Shown here in pieces: positions 9,612-19,694 of a DNA stretch of 64,000 nucleotides. The stretch lies in NCBI GenBank assembly GCA_030446545.1, contig JAUJNB010000001.1, forward strand, positions 212,550 to 276,549, in the 5' to 3' direction. Source of the DNA: Acidimicrobiales bacterium (lineage in GTDB: Bacteria; Actinomycetota; Acidimicrobiia; Acidimicrobiales; CADCSY01). The notes under the pieces were generated by a model, which saw only the letters and a list, made by a program, of their open reading frames with translations, made no database searches and was not told the origin of the DNA. The stretch's first letter is position 1. Each line of letters starts with the position of its first letter. Both the position numbers and the translations under genes were made by a program.

Positions 9612-9844
9612 CGTCGGCCCCCGTCCTCGCACACACCGATCGGCCCCGGCCGACCGGCCGGGCTCGCCGGCCTCTTGCGATGGTGACGCACCTTTGTGTT
9701 CGCTGATGGTGGGTGGAGGACCATCGGTGCACACAAAGGTCCCACACCGATCGCCCCGCAACGAGTGGCCGGCTGCGCCGGCCGGGTGATGGTCCGCTCC
9801 GGGACCGCCGTCTCCCCTAGCTGAGGCATGGTCACGTCGGTCAT
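9608..9844 (-). CDS. 78-codon spacer ORF between lpdA and sucB; its first ~20 codons duplicate the sucB start
   Basis: Its ATG (9844-9842) overlaps the lpdA TGA as ATGA, and its TGA (9610-9608) overlaps the sucB ATG as ATGA. The product has no recognisable domain, so real translation is uncertain. Confidence 0.3.
   Translation of the reverse strand: MTDVTMPQLGETAVPERTITRPAQPATRCGAIGVGPLCAPMVLHPPSANTKVRHHRKRPASPAGRPGPIGVCEDGGRR
9690..9740. other. imperfect inverted repeat (21-nt arms, 18 pairs, 9-nt loop) inside the lpdA-sucB insert
   Basis: acctttgtgttcgctgatggt / gggtggagg / accatcggtgcacacaaaggt. It is flanked by direct cacaccgatcg copies at 9632 and 9743 and by two GC-rich short hairpins. 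Confidence 0.7.
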
Positions 9845-11244
9845 CCGTGCAATCCCCTTCCCGTCAGGGCCATCACCGCTTCACCGAAGGTCTCCGACAG
9901 GGTGGGATGGGGCTGGACCAGGCTGGCCACCTCGTCGACCGTGGCCTCCCAGTTGACAGCCAGGTACCCCTGGCCGAGCTGCTCGGTGACCCACGGTCCA
10001 ACCATGTGCACCCCCACGATCTGGCCCGCCTTGCCGTCGTCGGCGCCCCGCAGGGCCACCACCTTGACCAGACCATCGGGCTCGCCCACGATCAAGGCCC
10101 GGCCGTTGCCCCGGAAGTGGTGGGAGGAGACGATCACGTCGAGACCGGCCTCTCGGGCCGACGCTTCGGAATGCCCGGCGAAGGCCACCTCGGGGTGGCA
10201 GTAGATGCACCACGGGACCTTGTCGTACTGCACCGGCAACGGGTGCTCGCCCATCAGGTCGCGCACCGCCACGATGGCCTCGGCGAAGCCCACATGGGCC
10301 AGCTGGGGCGTGTCCACCACGTCGCCCACGGCCCAGACGCCGTCGAGAGTCGTGCGCCCGGTCTGGTCGACCTTGACGAAGCCGCGCTCGTCGACCTCCA
10401 CCCCGGTGCCCTCCAAGCCGAGGGTCTCGGAGCGGGGCCGGCGCCCGACGGAGACGACCACCCGCTCGACCTCCACCGACTCGCCCCCTCCCAGGTCGAC
10501 CACCGTGGTGGCCTCTCCGGGCGTGTGGCCGAGGACCTCGACGCCGGTGCGCACGTCGATCCCCCGCTTCTCGAATTGACGACGGACCACGGCGGCGACG
10601 TCACCGTCGCAGCCCGGAAGGATCTTGGGCAGCCCCTCGAGCAGGGTGACCTGGACCCCGAGGTCGGCCAGCATGGAGGCGAACTCGCAGCCGATGGCGC
10701 CCCCGCCGATCACCGCGGCCGAGGCCGGGAGGTCGGACATGGCCAGGACCTCGTCGGAGGAGAGGACGAAGCGACCGTCGATCTCGAAGCCGGGGAGGGT
10801 GCGGGGGACCGAACCGGCGGCCAGGACGACGTTGGCCGCTTCCAGCAGCGGGCCCTCGCCACCGTCGGTGTGCACTTGGACCCGACCGGGCCCGGCCAGC
10901 GTGCCGGTCCCGGCGACGACGGTGACCTTGCGCCGCTTCAACAGGCCCTCGAGGCCCTTCCACAGCCCGTCGACGATCTGTTGCTTGCGGCGCATCGACG
11001 CCGGAAAGTCGATGGTGTGGCTCCCGACCTCGACGCCGAAGGCACCGGCACCGACCACCGTGCGGACCACGGCGGCGGTCTCCAGGAGTTCCTTGGCCGG
11101 GATACACCCCCGGTGCAAGCAGGTCCCCCCGACCCGGTCCTGCTCGACCAGGGCGATCGACAAGTCGGCGGCGGCAGCGTAGAGGGCTGCCGCGTAGCCG
11201 CCCGGTCCACCCCCCACGATGACGACGTCGTACTCCTGGGTCAC
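9841..11244 (-). CDS. lpdA: dihydrolipoyl dehydrogenase (E3)
   Basis: [16 protein letters not shown], the redox centre [13 protein letters not shown], and a C-terminal dimerisation motif HPTLSE. The ORF is intact at 467 aa. Confidence 0.95.
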   Translation of the reverse strand: MTQEYDVVIVGGGPGGYAAALYAAAADLSIALVEQDRVGGTCLHRGCIPAKELLETAAVVRTVVGAGAFGVEVGSHTIDFPASMRRKQQIVDGLWKGLEGLLKRRKVTVVAGTGTLAGPGRVQVHTDGGEGPLLEAANVVLAAGSVPRTLPGFEIDGRFVLSSDEVLAMSDLPASAAVIGGGAIGCEFASMLADLGVQVTLLEGLPKILPGCDGDVAAVVRRQFEKRGIDVRTGVEVLGHTPGEATTVVDLGGGESVEVERVVVSVGRRPRSETLGLEGTGVEVDERGFVKVDQTGRTTLDGVWAVGDVVDTPQLAHVGFAEAIVAVRDLMGEHPLPVQYDKVPWCIYCHPEVAFAGHSEASAREAGLDVIVSSHHFRGNGRALIVGEPDGLVKVVALRGADDGKAGQIVGVHMVGPWVTEQLGQGYLAVNWEATVDEVASLVQPHPTLSETFGEAVMALTGRGLHG

Positions 11245-11275
11245 CCCGCTCCTTCCTCAGGTCGAGGCGCCCAGG

Positions 11276-11461
11276 CTATTCGCTGTTCTGGTCGACCTCC
11301 TCTTGGAGCTGGTCGGCGCCTTCATCGACCCGCTCCTCAGCGCCGTCGATCTCTTCATCGGTGGAGGCCCCGTCTCCATCCTCGTCCTGGCAGGCGACGG
11401 CCCCGAGGGCCAGGACGGCTACCACGGCCCCGGTGGCCAACTTCTTCCGAAGGAAAAGCAT
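11276..11461 (-). CDS. small acidic lipoprotein (61 aa)
   Basis: Signal peptide plus lipobox (LALGAVAC), followed by a very acidic tail (DEDGDGASTDEEIDGAEERVDE). Confidence 0.5.
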   Translation of the reverse strand: MLFLRKKLATGAVVAVLALGAVACQDEDGDGASTDEEIDGAEERVDEGADQLQEEVDQNSE

Positions 11462-11509
11462 GCCGGAGTTCTACCCGCCCCGGCGGAGGAGCGAACCGGT
11501 TGCGGCCGC

Positions 11510-11602
11510 CTACCGGACGAGGATCACCAGTTGCACGGCCCCGGCCACCAGGATAGCCAGCCCGCACACCAGGGCGGCCATGATCAGCTTGCGGGTGCTC
11601 AC
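11510..11602 (-). CDS. possible 30-aa hydrophobic micro-protein
   Basis: My own translation from GTG 11602 gives VSTRKLIMAALVCGLAILVAGAVQLVILVR*. It forms a single TM helix. There is no homology evidence available to me. Confidence 0.3.
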   Translation of the reverse strand: MSTRKLIMAALVCGLAILVAGAVQLVILVR

Positions 11603-11646
11603 CGCCGACGAGGGTATCGCCCCGCTCCCGGGGCTAGCCTGGGCCC

Positions 11647-12006
11647 GTGGGGCTCAAGAAGCTCGTGCGGGGATGGAGCGCCAGCCTGGACGACCTCGAA
11701 CACGACCGGTTGTCGAGTCGGTTCAAGACGGTGGAGCTGGGCCGGGTCGACCTGTGCGACTGCCCCCTGCGCTGCAAGGTCCGGATCGCGGGAGAAATCG
11801 TCAGCCTTCGGACCGTCCCTCGGGCCGGGAGTCCCTCGCTGGAGGCCACCGTCGACGACGGCACCGCGACCGCGCTGGTGGTCTTCACCGGCCGTCGGTC
11901 GATCCGGGGGCTCGACCCGGGGCGGGGTGTGGTTCTCGAGGGCGTGGTGCGGCGCGAGCGGAACCGGCTGACGCTGGTCAATCCGGGCTACACCCTCTTG
12001 CCCTGA
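11647..12006 (+). CDS. OB-fold nucleic-acid-binding domain protein (Rv2694c-like, trk-neighbourhood)
   Basis: RVRIAGEIVSLRTVPRAGSPSLEATVDDGTATALVVFTGRR...LEGVV. It occupies the conserved position next to the trkA pair. Confidence 0.7.
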   Translation: MGLKKLVRGWSASLDDLEHDRLSSRFKTVELGRVDLCDCPLRCKVRIAGEIVSLRTVPRAGSPSLEATVDDGTATALVVFTGRRSIRGLDPGRGVVLEGVVRRERNRLTLVNPGYTLLP

Positions 12007-12032
12007 CCCCCGGCCAGCCGGTGGCCAAGTAG

Positions 12033-12698
12033 ATGTGGAAAGAACCTACTGACGCCGCCAATGCTCGTGCGGTGCAATGGTGGTGGGCCGATGTCTCCCT
12101 CCAGGCCCGCTGCGAGGTGGGTGTGGAACAGACCTGGACCGACACCTGGACGGTCGAAGCCGAGTTGGAGCGGATCAACCGGCAGCGGATGGCAGCCGAG
12201 CGGCGGGTGGCCGAGGACCAGCAGCGCGAGGCCCGCCTGCTGGCGGGGCTCCTGCCCGCCAGCGCCGCCCTGGCCGACATCTTCCGGGATCTCGAGCGGC
12301 GCACACCCTCCATCCGGTCCCAGCGCCGCCACGAGGTCACCGTGTTCCTGCGCCAACCGAGGGCCGACTGCGTGCGGGCGTCCCTGCGCTGGGGGGCCAA
12401 GTTCGCCCTCACCGACGCCGACCGGCACCTCATGCACCGCTACCGGACCCGGCGGCGGCGGCTGCAGCGCTACCCGACGGTGGTCGTGGCCGAGGAGTAC
12501 TACGAGTTGTCGGGCGTGCTCAGCGCCACCGCCGGGACGCTGACACTCGGCTGCGGCGCCACCTTTGCCATCGAGCGCTTCGTGGCCCAGCCGGCCATCG
12601 CCCTCCCCGCCCTGTCGGCGGCGCTGCACCGACCTCCGCTCACCCGCCGCCACCACCTGCGCTCACACGACTACCGCGACCCGTCGCCGAGGAACTGA
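12033..12698 (+). CDS. hypothetical protein (Trp-rich N-terminus, no recognised domain)
   Basis: 221-aa ORF with GC-rich third codon positions and a balanced composition. The opposite-strand ORFs look like shadows. Confidence 0.5.
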   Translation: MWKEPTDAANARAVQWWWADVSLQARCEVGVEQTWTDTWTVEAELERINRQRMAAERRVAEDQQREARLLAGLLPASAALADIFRDLERRTPSIRSQRRHEVTVFLRQPRADCVRASLRWGAKFALTDADRHLMHRYRTRRRRLQRYPTVVVAEEYYELSGVLSATAGTLTLGCGATFAIERFVAQPAIALPALSAALHRPPLTRRHHLRSHDYRDPSPRN

Positions 12699-12708
12699 GA
12701 CCTCCGGG

Positions 12709-13392
12709 TCAGACGTCTTCAGCCACACCCACAAAGGCCCGGAGCACGTCTCCCTCGGCATCAGGGGTGACCAGGACCAGCACCTCGTCGCCGGCCAGGA
12801 GCAGCGTGTCGCCCCTGGGGACCACCAGGTGGTCGTCGCGCACGATGGCCACCACGGTGCAGTCGCGGGGAAGGCCCAGGTCGACCACCGTCACCGAGGC
12901 GGCCGGCGAGTTGGCCGCCAGCGTGACCTCGACCAGGCGGGCCTTGCCTCCCTCGAACTGGAGGAGCCGCACGAGCGAGCCCACCGACACCGCCTCCTCG
13001 ACCAGCGCGGTGAGCAGGTGGGGCGTCGACACCGATACGTCGACGCCCCACGTCTGGTTGAACAGCCATTCGTTCTTGGGGTGGTTGACCCGGGCGATCA
13101 CCCGGGGCACGCCGAACTCCTGCTTGGCCAACATGGAGATGACGAGGTTGTCCTCGTCGTCTCCCGTGACCGCGGCCACCACGTCGGCGGTCTCGAGGCC
13201 GACGGCGGTCAGGGCGCTCAACTCGCAGGCGTCGGCCACGATGAATTCCACCCCGGCGTGCTCGCCGGATGCCTGCGCCCGCTCGACCGCCGCGGCCGAC
13301 TGCTCGATCACCAGCACCTGGTGGCCCGAGGAGGCCAGATCGGTGGCGATGTAGGTACCCACGTTGCCGCCGCCGGCCACGACCACCCTCAC
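12709..13392 (-). CDS. trkA: Trk potassium uptake system, NAD-binding subunit (CeoC-like)
   Basis: MRVVVAGGGNVGTYIA Rossmann motif plus a C-terminal RCK_C domain. The gene overlaps its upstream partner. Confidence 0.9.
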   Translation of the reverse strand: MRVVVAGGGNVGTYIATDLASSGHQVLVIEQSAAAVERAQASGEHAGVEFIVADACELSALTAVGLETADVVAAVTGDDEDNLVISMLAKQEFGVPRVIARVNHPKNEWLFNQTWGVDVSVSTPHLLTALVEEAVSVGSLVRLLQFEGGKARLVEVTLAANSPAASVTVVDLGLPRDCTVVAIVRDDHLVVPRGDTLLLAGDEVLVLVTPDAEGDVLRAFVGVAEDV

Positions 13393-14084
13393 GAGGACCG
13401 CCGCCGCATCCGGACCGCGCTGCCGGCGTCGCCGTCGCTTCCGGCCAGGCGGGCCTCCAGGGCGGCCAGCTCCCCCGTGGCCACGCTGAGCACCAGGATG
13501 TCACCCTCCTGGCCGAGGAGCCCGGGGCGCGGGACCATGGCCCGACCGGTACGGGTGAGCACGCTGAGGCGCCACCGGCCCGGCTCTTCCAGCTCTTCGA
13601 GGGTGCGGCCGGCCCACCTGGCGGGCAGGGCCCGCTCGACGGCCGACACCTTGCCGGTGGGATCGGTCCACTCGGTGCGCGTCTGGTCGGGCAACAACTT
13701 GCGCAGGGCCTGGTCGGTGGTCCAGGAGACGGTGGCGACCGTGGGTATCCCCAGTCGCTCGTAGACCGCAGCCCGCCCCGGGTCGTAGATGCGGGCCACG
13801 ACCCGCTCGATGCCGAACGTCTCCCGGGCGATGCGGGCCACCACGATGTTGGTGTTGTCCCCGCTGGAGACCGCAGCCAGGGCGTCGGCCTCCTCGATGC
13901 CCGCCTCGATCATCCGGTCACGGTCGAAACCGAAGCCGACGACCGCCCGGCCCGAGAACCCGGGAGGCAGGTTGACGAAGGCGGTGGACCGCTTGTCGAT
14001 GACGCCCACGCTGTGGCCCTCGGCCACGGCCAGGCCGGCCAGCGTCGAGCCCACCCGGCCGCACCCGACCACGACGACATGCAT
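13389..14084 (-). CDS. trkA: Trk potassium uptake system, NAD-binding subunit (CeoB-like)
   Basis: MHVVVVGCGRVGSTLA Rossmann motif plus an RCK_C domain. Confidence 0.9.
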   Translation of the reverse strand: MHVVVVGCGRVGSTLAGLAVAEGHSVGVIDKRSTAFVNLPPGFSGRAVVGFGFDRDRMIEAGIEEADALAAVSSGDNTNIVVARIARETFGIERVVARIYDPGRAAVYERLGIPTVATVSWTTDQALRKLLPDQTRTEWTDPTGKVSAVERALPARWAGRTLEELEEPGRWRLSVLTRTGRAMVPRPGLLGQEGDILVLSVATGELAALEARLAGSDGDAGSAVRMRRRSS

Positions 14085-14214
14085 CCCTGGCCCCTCTCAC
14101 CGACGCCCGACGGAACGGTGCAGCGTAGCCACGCCGGCGGCGACGGTTGCGCAGCTCGCCGCGCCCGGCATCTACGCTGGCCGCTCGCCGGTGGGGCGAC
14201 CTCAGGAGGCTGCT

Positions 14215-16281
14215 GTGTCCACGTTGAAGCGGGTCCTGGTGGGCAAGCCTCTGGCCAGCGCCGAGGAAGGCCACCAGCGGTTGGGGAAGTTGGTGGCGCT
14301 GGCCGTCTTCGCCTCCGACGCCATCTCCTCCACCGCCTACGCCACCGAGGAGATCCTCCACCAGCTGGTGCCCCTCGACGGGCTGGAAGCGCTGGAGTTC
14401 CTCGTCCCCATCGCCATCATCGTGGTGATCCTGCTGGCCATCGTGATCACCAGCTACCGCCAGACCATCCACGCCTACCCCAACGGCGGTGGCTCCTACG
14501 TGGTCTCCCGGGAGAACCTCGGCGTCACCCCGTCGCTGGTGGCCGGCGCCTCCCTCCTGGTCGACTACACGCTGACCGTGGCCGTGTCCGTCTCCGCCGG
14601 GGTGGCCGCCATCACCTCGGCCTTCCCCGAGCTGCGCGACAGCCGGGTCGGGTTGTGCCTGACCTTCATCATCCTGTTGACCGCGGTCAACCTGCGCGGG
14701 GTCAAGGAGTCGGGCCGGCTCTTCGCGGTGCCGACCTACGTCTACGTGCTCACCCTGGGGGCGCTGCTGGCCATCGGCCTGTTCCGCTCCTTCACCGGCA
14801 GCCTCCCGGCGCTGGCGCCCAATGAGGAGGCGCTGGCCGAGCTGACCCACGACGGTGCCCTGCTGGGTGGCATCACCGCCCTCGCCCTCATGCGGGCCTT
14901 CTCCTCAGGAGCGGTGGCCCTGTCCGGCATCGAGGCCATCTCCAACGGTGTTCCCGCCTTCCGCAAGCCCGAGTCCCGCAACGCCAGCACCACCCTCGTG
15001 GCCATGGGCCTGATCCTGGCCACCTCCTTCTTCGGGATCTCGGTCCTGGCCGAGCGCCTGCGCCCGACCATCGAGGAAGGCGGTGAGACCCTCTTGTCGA
15101 TCATGGGGGGTGCGGTCTTCGGCAACGGCTCGGTCGTCTACTACACACTCCAGGCCGCCACCGCCGCCATCCTCATCCTGGCCGCCAACACCGCCTTCAA
15201 CGCCTTCCCCAGCCTGTCGTCGATCCTGGCCCGAGACGGCTTCCTTCCCCGCCAGCTCTACAACCGGGGCGACCGCCTGGTGTACTCCAACGGGGTCCTG
15301 CTGCTCGCCGGCGCCGCCGCCTTGCTGGTGGTGGCCTTCGGCGGCATCACCACCGCCCTCATCCCCTCTATGCGGTGGGCGTGTTCACCGGCTTCACCCT
15401 GTCGCAGGCCGGCATGGTGCGCCATCACCAACGCCTCAGGGAACCAGCGTGGCGGCGCAACGTGGTCATCAACGCCACCGGGGCGGCGGCATCCTTCGCC
15501 GTCCTCGCCGTGGTGGTGGTGTCCAAGTTCACCATTGGTGCCTGGGTGCCGGCCGTGGTCATCCCGCTGATCGTGGTGGCCCTGCGGGCTGTCCACCGCC
15601 ACTACACCGGGGTGGCCGAACTGCTCCGTGTCCCCGAGGGCTACCGGCCACTGCCCCACACCCACACGGTGGTGGTGCTGGTCGGCAGCATCCACCAAGG
15701 GGTGCTGGCCGCCCTGACCTACGCCCGGTCACTCTCCCCCGACCGCCTCATCGCCCTGTCGGTGGTGTCGAGCACCGAGGAGTCCGAGGAGATCTGCGCC
15801 CAGTGGGACCGCTACGGCCTCGACATCGAGTTGGAGCGCCGCTACCTTCCCCTACCGGGAGCTGACCAAGCCCGTGCTCAAGTACCTCGACGAACTCGAC
15901 GCGGCGTACGAGAACGACATCATCACCGTGGTCGTGCCCGAGTTCGTGCTGGGCCGCTGGTGGCAGCAGTTCCTCCACAACCAGAGTGCCCTGGCCCTGA
16001 AGGGGGGGCTTTTGTTCCGGCGCAACACCGTGGTCACGTCGGTGCCGTTCCACCTGACCGGGCCCCGGGCGGACTCCTCGGGCGACGCCGGGTTCAACGA
16101 ACCCGACATCCTGTCGCCCGACGCCCCCAGGCCGTCGGGCCCGAAGCGGACGCGGCCACGCCGGGACAGGATCCCGGCGTGTCCACCAACGGAAAGAAAT
16201 CTCGCACCGACGACCGGCCCCGCCGGTCCTGACCCGTCGGTCAGGACCCTGGCGGGCCGGCGCCAACAGCCCTGCCGCTAG
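14215..16281 (+). pseudogene. APC-superfamily permease with cytoplasmic C-terminal domain (Rv2690c-like), frame interrupted at least twice
   Basis: An aggagg RBS lies at 14204 and the GTG start at 14215. There are 12 or more TM segments. The frame changes at the C-run 15363-15366 (ALIP|LYAVGVFTGFT) and again near 15850 (|YRELTKPVLKYLDELD). Confidence 0.8.
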
Positions 16282-16843
16282 GCGGCGGGGTTGAGTCGGC
16301 GTACCACGCCCTTGGCCACTTCCGAGGGGCGCTGCTGCTCACCCATCTTGGAGTCCATGAGCAGGGTGGCGCCGGTGAGGGCGGGAACCGCCCACTGCAG
16401 GACCTTGAGCTTGCGCTGGGCACCGGCCACTTCGGGGTCGGTGGCGGCCGAGGGCTCGGTCACGCCTTCGGCAGGCGGGTCGTTGGCGTTCATCAAGGTC
16501 TGGCCCAGAACCCGGCTGTAGGCGGTGGCGGCCATGGCCGCAGCGGTGAGGCCGGTCTTGATCAGCGCGGCGCGGCCCACGCCCTTCTGGCCCCCAACCG
16601 GCTCCGGTTGGCGCCGGTGAGCACCAGCGAGCCGACGGTGTAGGCCCCGATGGCGGCCAGGTTGGCCGGAGTCCAGCGGGACCAGCCGGCGTTGGCTACC
16701 GCCACCCGTTCCCGGGGGTGGTCCACGCGGGCGGCGGCCCCGTTGAGGCCGATGGCCCCCATCAGTGAACCGCCGAACCAGGCGGCCAAGCCCAGGTCGT
16801 TGAGTGCCCGCGCGGTGGTGTTCTGGTTCTTGAATCGTGCCAT
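16278..16843 (-). pseudogene. conserved membrane protein, frame interrupted once near 16590-16640
   Basis: A GGAGG RBS precedes ATG 16843 (MARFKNQNTTARALNDLGLAAWFGG...). The sequence continues in another frame as GGQKGVGRAALIKTGLTAAAM... Confidence 0.55.
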
Positions 16844-16916
16844 GTACTTCCTCCAACCTCTCCGTGGCGCAGGGCGCGCCATATTCCGTTGGACGCCCTT
16901 ACCCATGCCGGGAAGA

Positions 16917-18665
16917 TCAGATGCGTTCGAGGACGCCGATGCCGAGCAGGCCCAGGCCGCGACGCAGGGTGACGGCCGTCACCTCGCAGAGGGCCAGACG
17001 CGACGAGCGCAGCGGTTCGTCGGCCCGGATCACCGGGCAGTGCTCGTAGAAGGCGTTGTAGGCCTGGGCCAGGTCGTAGAGATGGGTGCAGAGTGGTTGG
17101 GGAGGTACTCCTCGGCCACCCGCTCGATGACGTCACCCAGGGCCACCAGGTGCAGGGCCAGGTCCCGCTCCTGGGGTTGGCTCAGCACCACCGTGGTCGG
17201 GGTGCCCGATGGGCGGCCCTCGCCCCAGCCGGCCTCGCCCAGGATGGAACGGATGCGGGCGAAGGCGTACTGCAGGTAGGGGGCGGTGTTCCCCTTGAGG
17301 CTGAGCATCCGGTCGAAGGAGAAGACGTAGTTGCTGTTGCGGTTCTGGCTGAGGTCGGCGTACTTGAGCGCCCACCCCACCACCCGGGCCACGTCGTCGA
17401 TGTCGTCGGGGACGGCTGGTCGCGCTCGGCGGCGCGGGAGACCACGAAGGCGCGGGCCCGGGCCACGGCCTCGGCCAACAGGTCGGCCAGGCGCACGTTG
17501 TCGCCCGAGCGGGTGCGCAGGCGCTGGCCGCCTTCGGCCAACACCAGGCCGAAGGCCACGTGGGTGAGCTCGACACCGGCGGGGACCCACCCGGCCATGC
17601 GGGCCACGGCGAAGACCATCTGGAAGTGCTGGGACTGGCCGGCGTCGGTCACGTAGGCCAGGCGATCGGCGCCCCCTCGATGCGCGAGCGCAGGGCGGCC
17701 AGATCGGTCGTGGCGTAGTTGTAACCCCCATCGGCCTTCTGCACGATGAGGGGAGGGGTCTCCTCGGTGTTGGTGAAGCCCGGGACGAACACGCACCTGG
17801 CTCCGTCGTCGACCACCACCAGGCCGGCCGCCTCCAGGTCGGCCACCACCCCGGCCAGCTGCGGCTGGTAGGTCGACTCACCCCGCTCGACCAGGCCACC
17901 CACGCCCAACTGGTCGTAGACCACGCGGTTCTCGGCGGCGGACAGCTCCACGAGTGAACGCCAGGCGGCACCGGCGCGCGGTTCGCCGGACTGGAGGTCG
18001 ACCACTCGGCGACGGGCGGCCTCGGCGAACGTCGGGTCGGCGCCGAAGCGGGCGCTGGCCTGGCGGTAGAAGTCGGCGACGTCGTCGATGGCGATGGGCT
18101 CCCCGGCCCCGGCGCCGGGCGCCACCTCGTCGAGGTGGGCGATGAGCATGCCGAACTGGGTTCCCCAGTCCCCGATGTGACTGACCCGTTCCACCGTGTC
18201 CCCCCGGTGCTCGGCCACGTTGGCGAGGCAGTCACCGATGATGGTGGAGCGGAGGTGGCCCACATGCATCTCCTTGGCCACGTTGGGACCGGAGTAGTCG
18301 ATGACGAGGTGTGCCGGCTTGGAGGCGGGGGCCAGGCCGAGCGTGTCGTCGCCGACCAGGGAGCCGACTCGCTCGCCCAGCCAGGAGTCCCGCAGGCGCA
18401 GGTTGACGAAGCCGGGAGCGACCACCTCGGGCGCCTCGCACACGCCGGTCACGTCGAGAACCGCCGCCAGGCGCAGGGCCAATTCGTCGGGTGGGCGCCC
18501 GAAGGTGCGGGCCAGGGCCATCGCCGCGGCGCAGGTGTAGTCGCCGTGGCGAGGGTCACGGGTGGGCTGCACCAGCACCTTGGGCAGGCGGACCGTCGGC
18601 CCGAAGGCGTCGTACAGGGCCTGGGCTACTCGGGCCTGCAACATCGTCAGGGGGGTCAGAGCCAT
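16917..18665 (-). pseudogene. argS: arginine--tRNA ligase, frame interrupted at least three times in its C-terminal half
   Basis: The N-terminal 338 aa are intact and include the HVGH(L)RS motif. Breaks fall at the C-run 17672-17676, near 17400-17440, and near 17090. The C-terminus reads ...[12 protein letters not shown]...[10 protein letters not shown]. Confidence 0.9.
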
Positions 18666-18788
18666 GGCCGGCTCACCCTAGGGTCCTGTCCGCCGCCGAA
18701 CGAACCCGTGGCCGTGGCCGGGCCCGAGCGGTGTGACGGCTTCGGGCCCGGGCCGCCGGGCGGCTCCTCCCGCCCGTAGCCTCGGCCT

Positions 18789-19694
18789 ATGGACGTGGCC
18801 GTCACCGGCGCCAGCGGGTTCATCGGCGTGGCTTTGGTGGCCGCCCTCCTCGAGGACGGCCACCACGTGCGCCGGGTCGTGCGGCAGCCCCCGAAGGGCC
18901 CCGACGAGGTGCGCTGGGATCCCGGAGCCGGCGCCATCGACGCTGGCGGGCTGGCCGGGGTGGACGCCGTGGTCCACCTGGCCGGCGAGGGGATCGCCTC
19001 CCGCCGCTGGACCGACGACCAGAAGAGGCGCATCGGCGACAGCCGGACGACGAGCACCCGCCTCATCGCCGAGACCGTGGCCGCCCTCGACCCTCGCCCA
19101 TCGGTGCTGGTCAGTGGCTCGGCCATCGGCTACTACGCCCACCGGGGCGACGAGGAGCTCACCGAGGCCAGCCCGGCGGGTGCCGACTTCCTGGCCCGGG
19201 TGTGCGTCGACTGGGAGGCGGCGGCGCAACCGGCTGCCGACGCCGGGGTGCGCACCGTCCGGCTACGGACCGGCATCGTGCTCGATCCCGGGGGTGGTGC
19301 CTTGCAACGGCTCCTCCCCCTTTTCCGCCTCGGCCTGGGCGGGCCCTTCGGTCGCGGTCAGCAGTGGTGGTCGTGGATCTCGCTGGCCGACGAGGTCGGG
19401 GCCATCCTCCACCTGCTGTCCTCCGCCACGGAGGGACCGGTCAACCTCACCGCACCCCAGCCGGTGCGCAACGCCGAGCTCAGCCGGGTCCTGGGCCGGG
19501 TACTCCAACGCCCGGCGGTGGTGCCCGTCCCCAAGTTCGGCCCCAGCCTGGTCGTGGGCTCCGAGTTGGCTCAGAGCCTGCTGTACGACAGCATCCGGGT
19601 CCTGCCCACCGCCCTCACCGATGGCGGCTACCGCTTCCGCCACCCCGACCTGGAGGGGGCGCTGCGGGCCGCGCTGGACCGCCCAGCCCCGTGA
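18789..19694 (+). CDS. TIGR01777-family NAD-dependent epimerase-like protein (SDR fold plus DUF1731)
   Basis: VTGASGFIG glycine motif, followed by ...QWWSWISLADEV... and a C-terminal GYRFRHPDLEGAL. Confidence 0.8.
   Translation: MDVAVTGASGFIGVALVAALLEDGHHVRRVVRQPPKGPDEVRWDPGAGAIDAGGLAGVDAVVHLAGEGIASRRWTDDQKRRIGDSRTTSTRLIAETVAALDPRPSVLVSGSAIGYYAHRGDEELTEASPAGADFLARVCVDWEAAAQPAADAGVRTVRLRTGIVLDPGGGALQRLLPLFRLGLGGPFGRGQQWWSWISLADEVGAILHLLSSATEGPVNLTAPQPVRNAELSRVLGRVLQRPAVVPVPKFGPSLVVGSELAQSLLYDSIRVLPTALTDGGYRFRHPDLEGALRAALDRPAP

Larger units (their letters stand above)
9577..9844. repeat. pair of 35-nt perfect direct repeats (9577-9611 and 9810-9844), period 233 nt
   Basis: Both copies read gtctcccctagctgaggcatggtcacgtcggtcat. 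Weaker similarity continues about 25 nt further (gggtgatggt...). Confidence 0.9.

Noticed and set aside
9847-11556. 569-aa plus-strand ORF; similar long shadows at 33952-35841, 39618-41348, 56106-57527, 58615-60540, 52813-54033, 47903-49594 and 22505-24067
   Set aside because: Each is antisense or out of frame to a gene with strong family motifs: lpdA, leuA, serA, the glucosidase, GT2/DUF885, CooC-like, the sigma/anti-sigma region and an MFS transporter. Long stop-free shadows are expected at this GC content.
16278-16281. Convergent genes sharing their stop codons inside one CTAG
   Set aside because: It is real in the sequence but trivially explained by compact gene packing, and both genes are frame-damaged anyway.
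6517-18665. Interpreting lipA, lipB, sucB, argS and others as true pseudogenes, i.e. reductive genome decay
   Set aside because: - All motifs are intact.
- The breaks are mostly single-base changes in homopolymers.
- Essential genes are hit.
- The breaks are spatially clustered.
- Technical indels are more parsimonious. This is an inference, not a demonstration.
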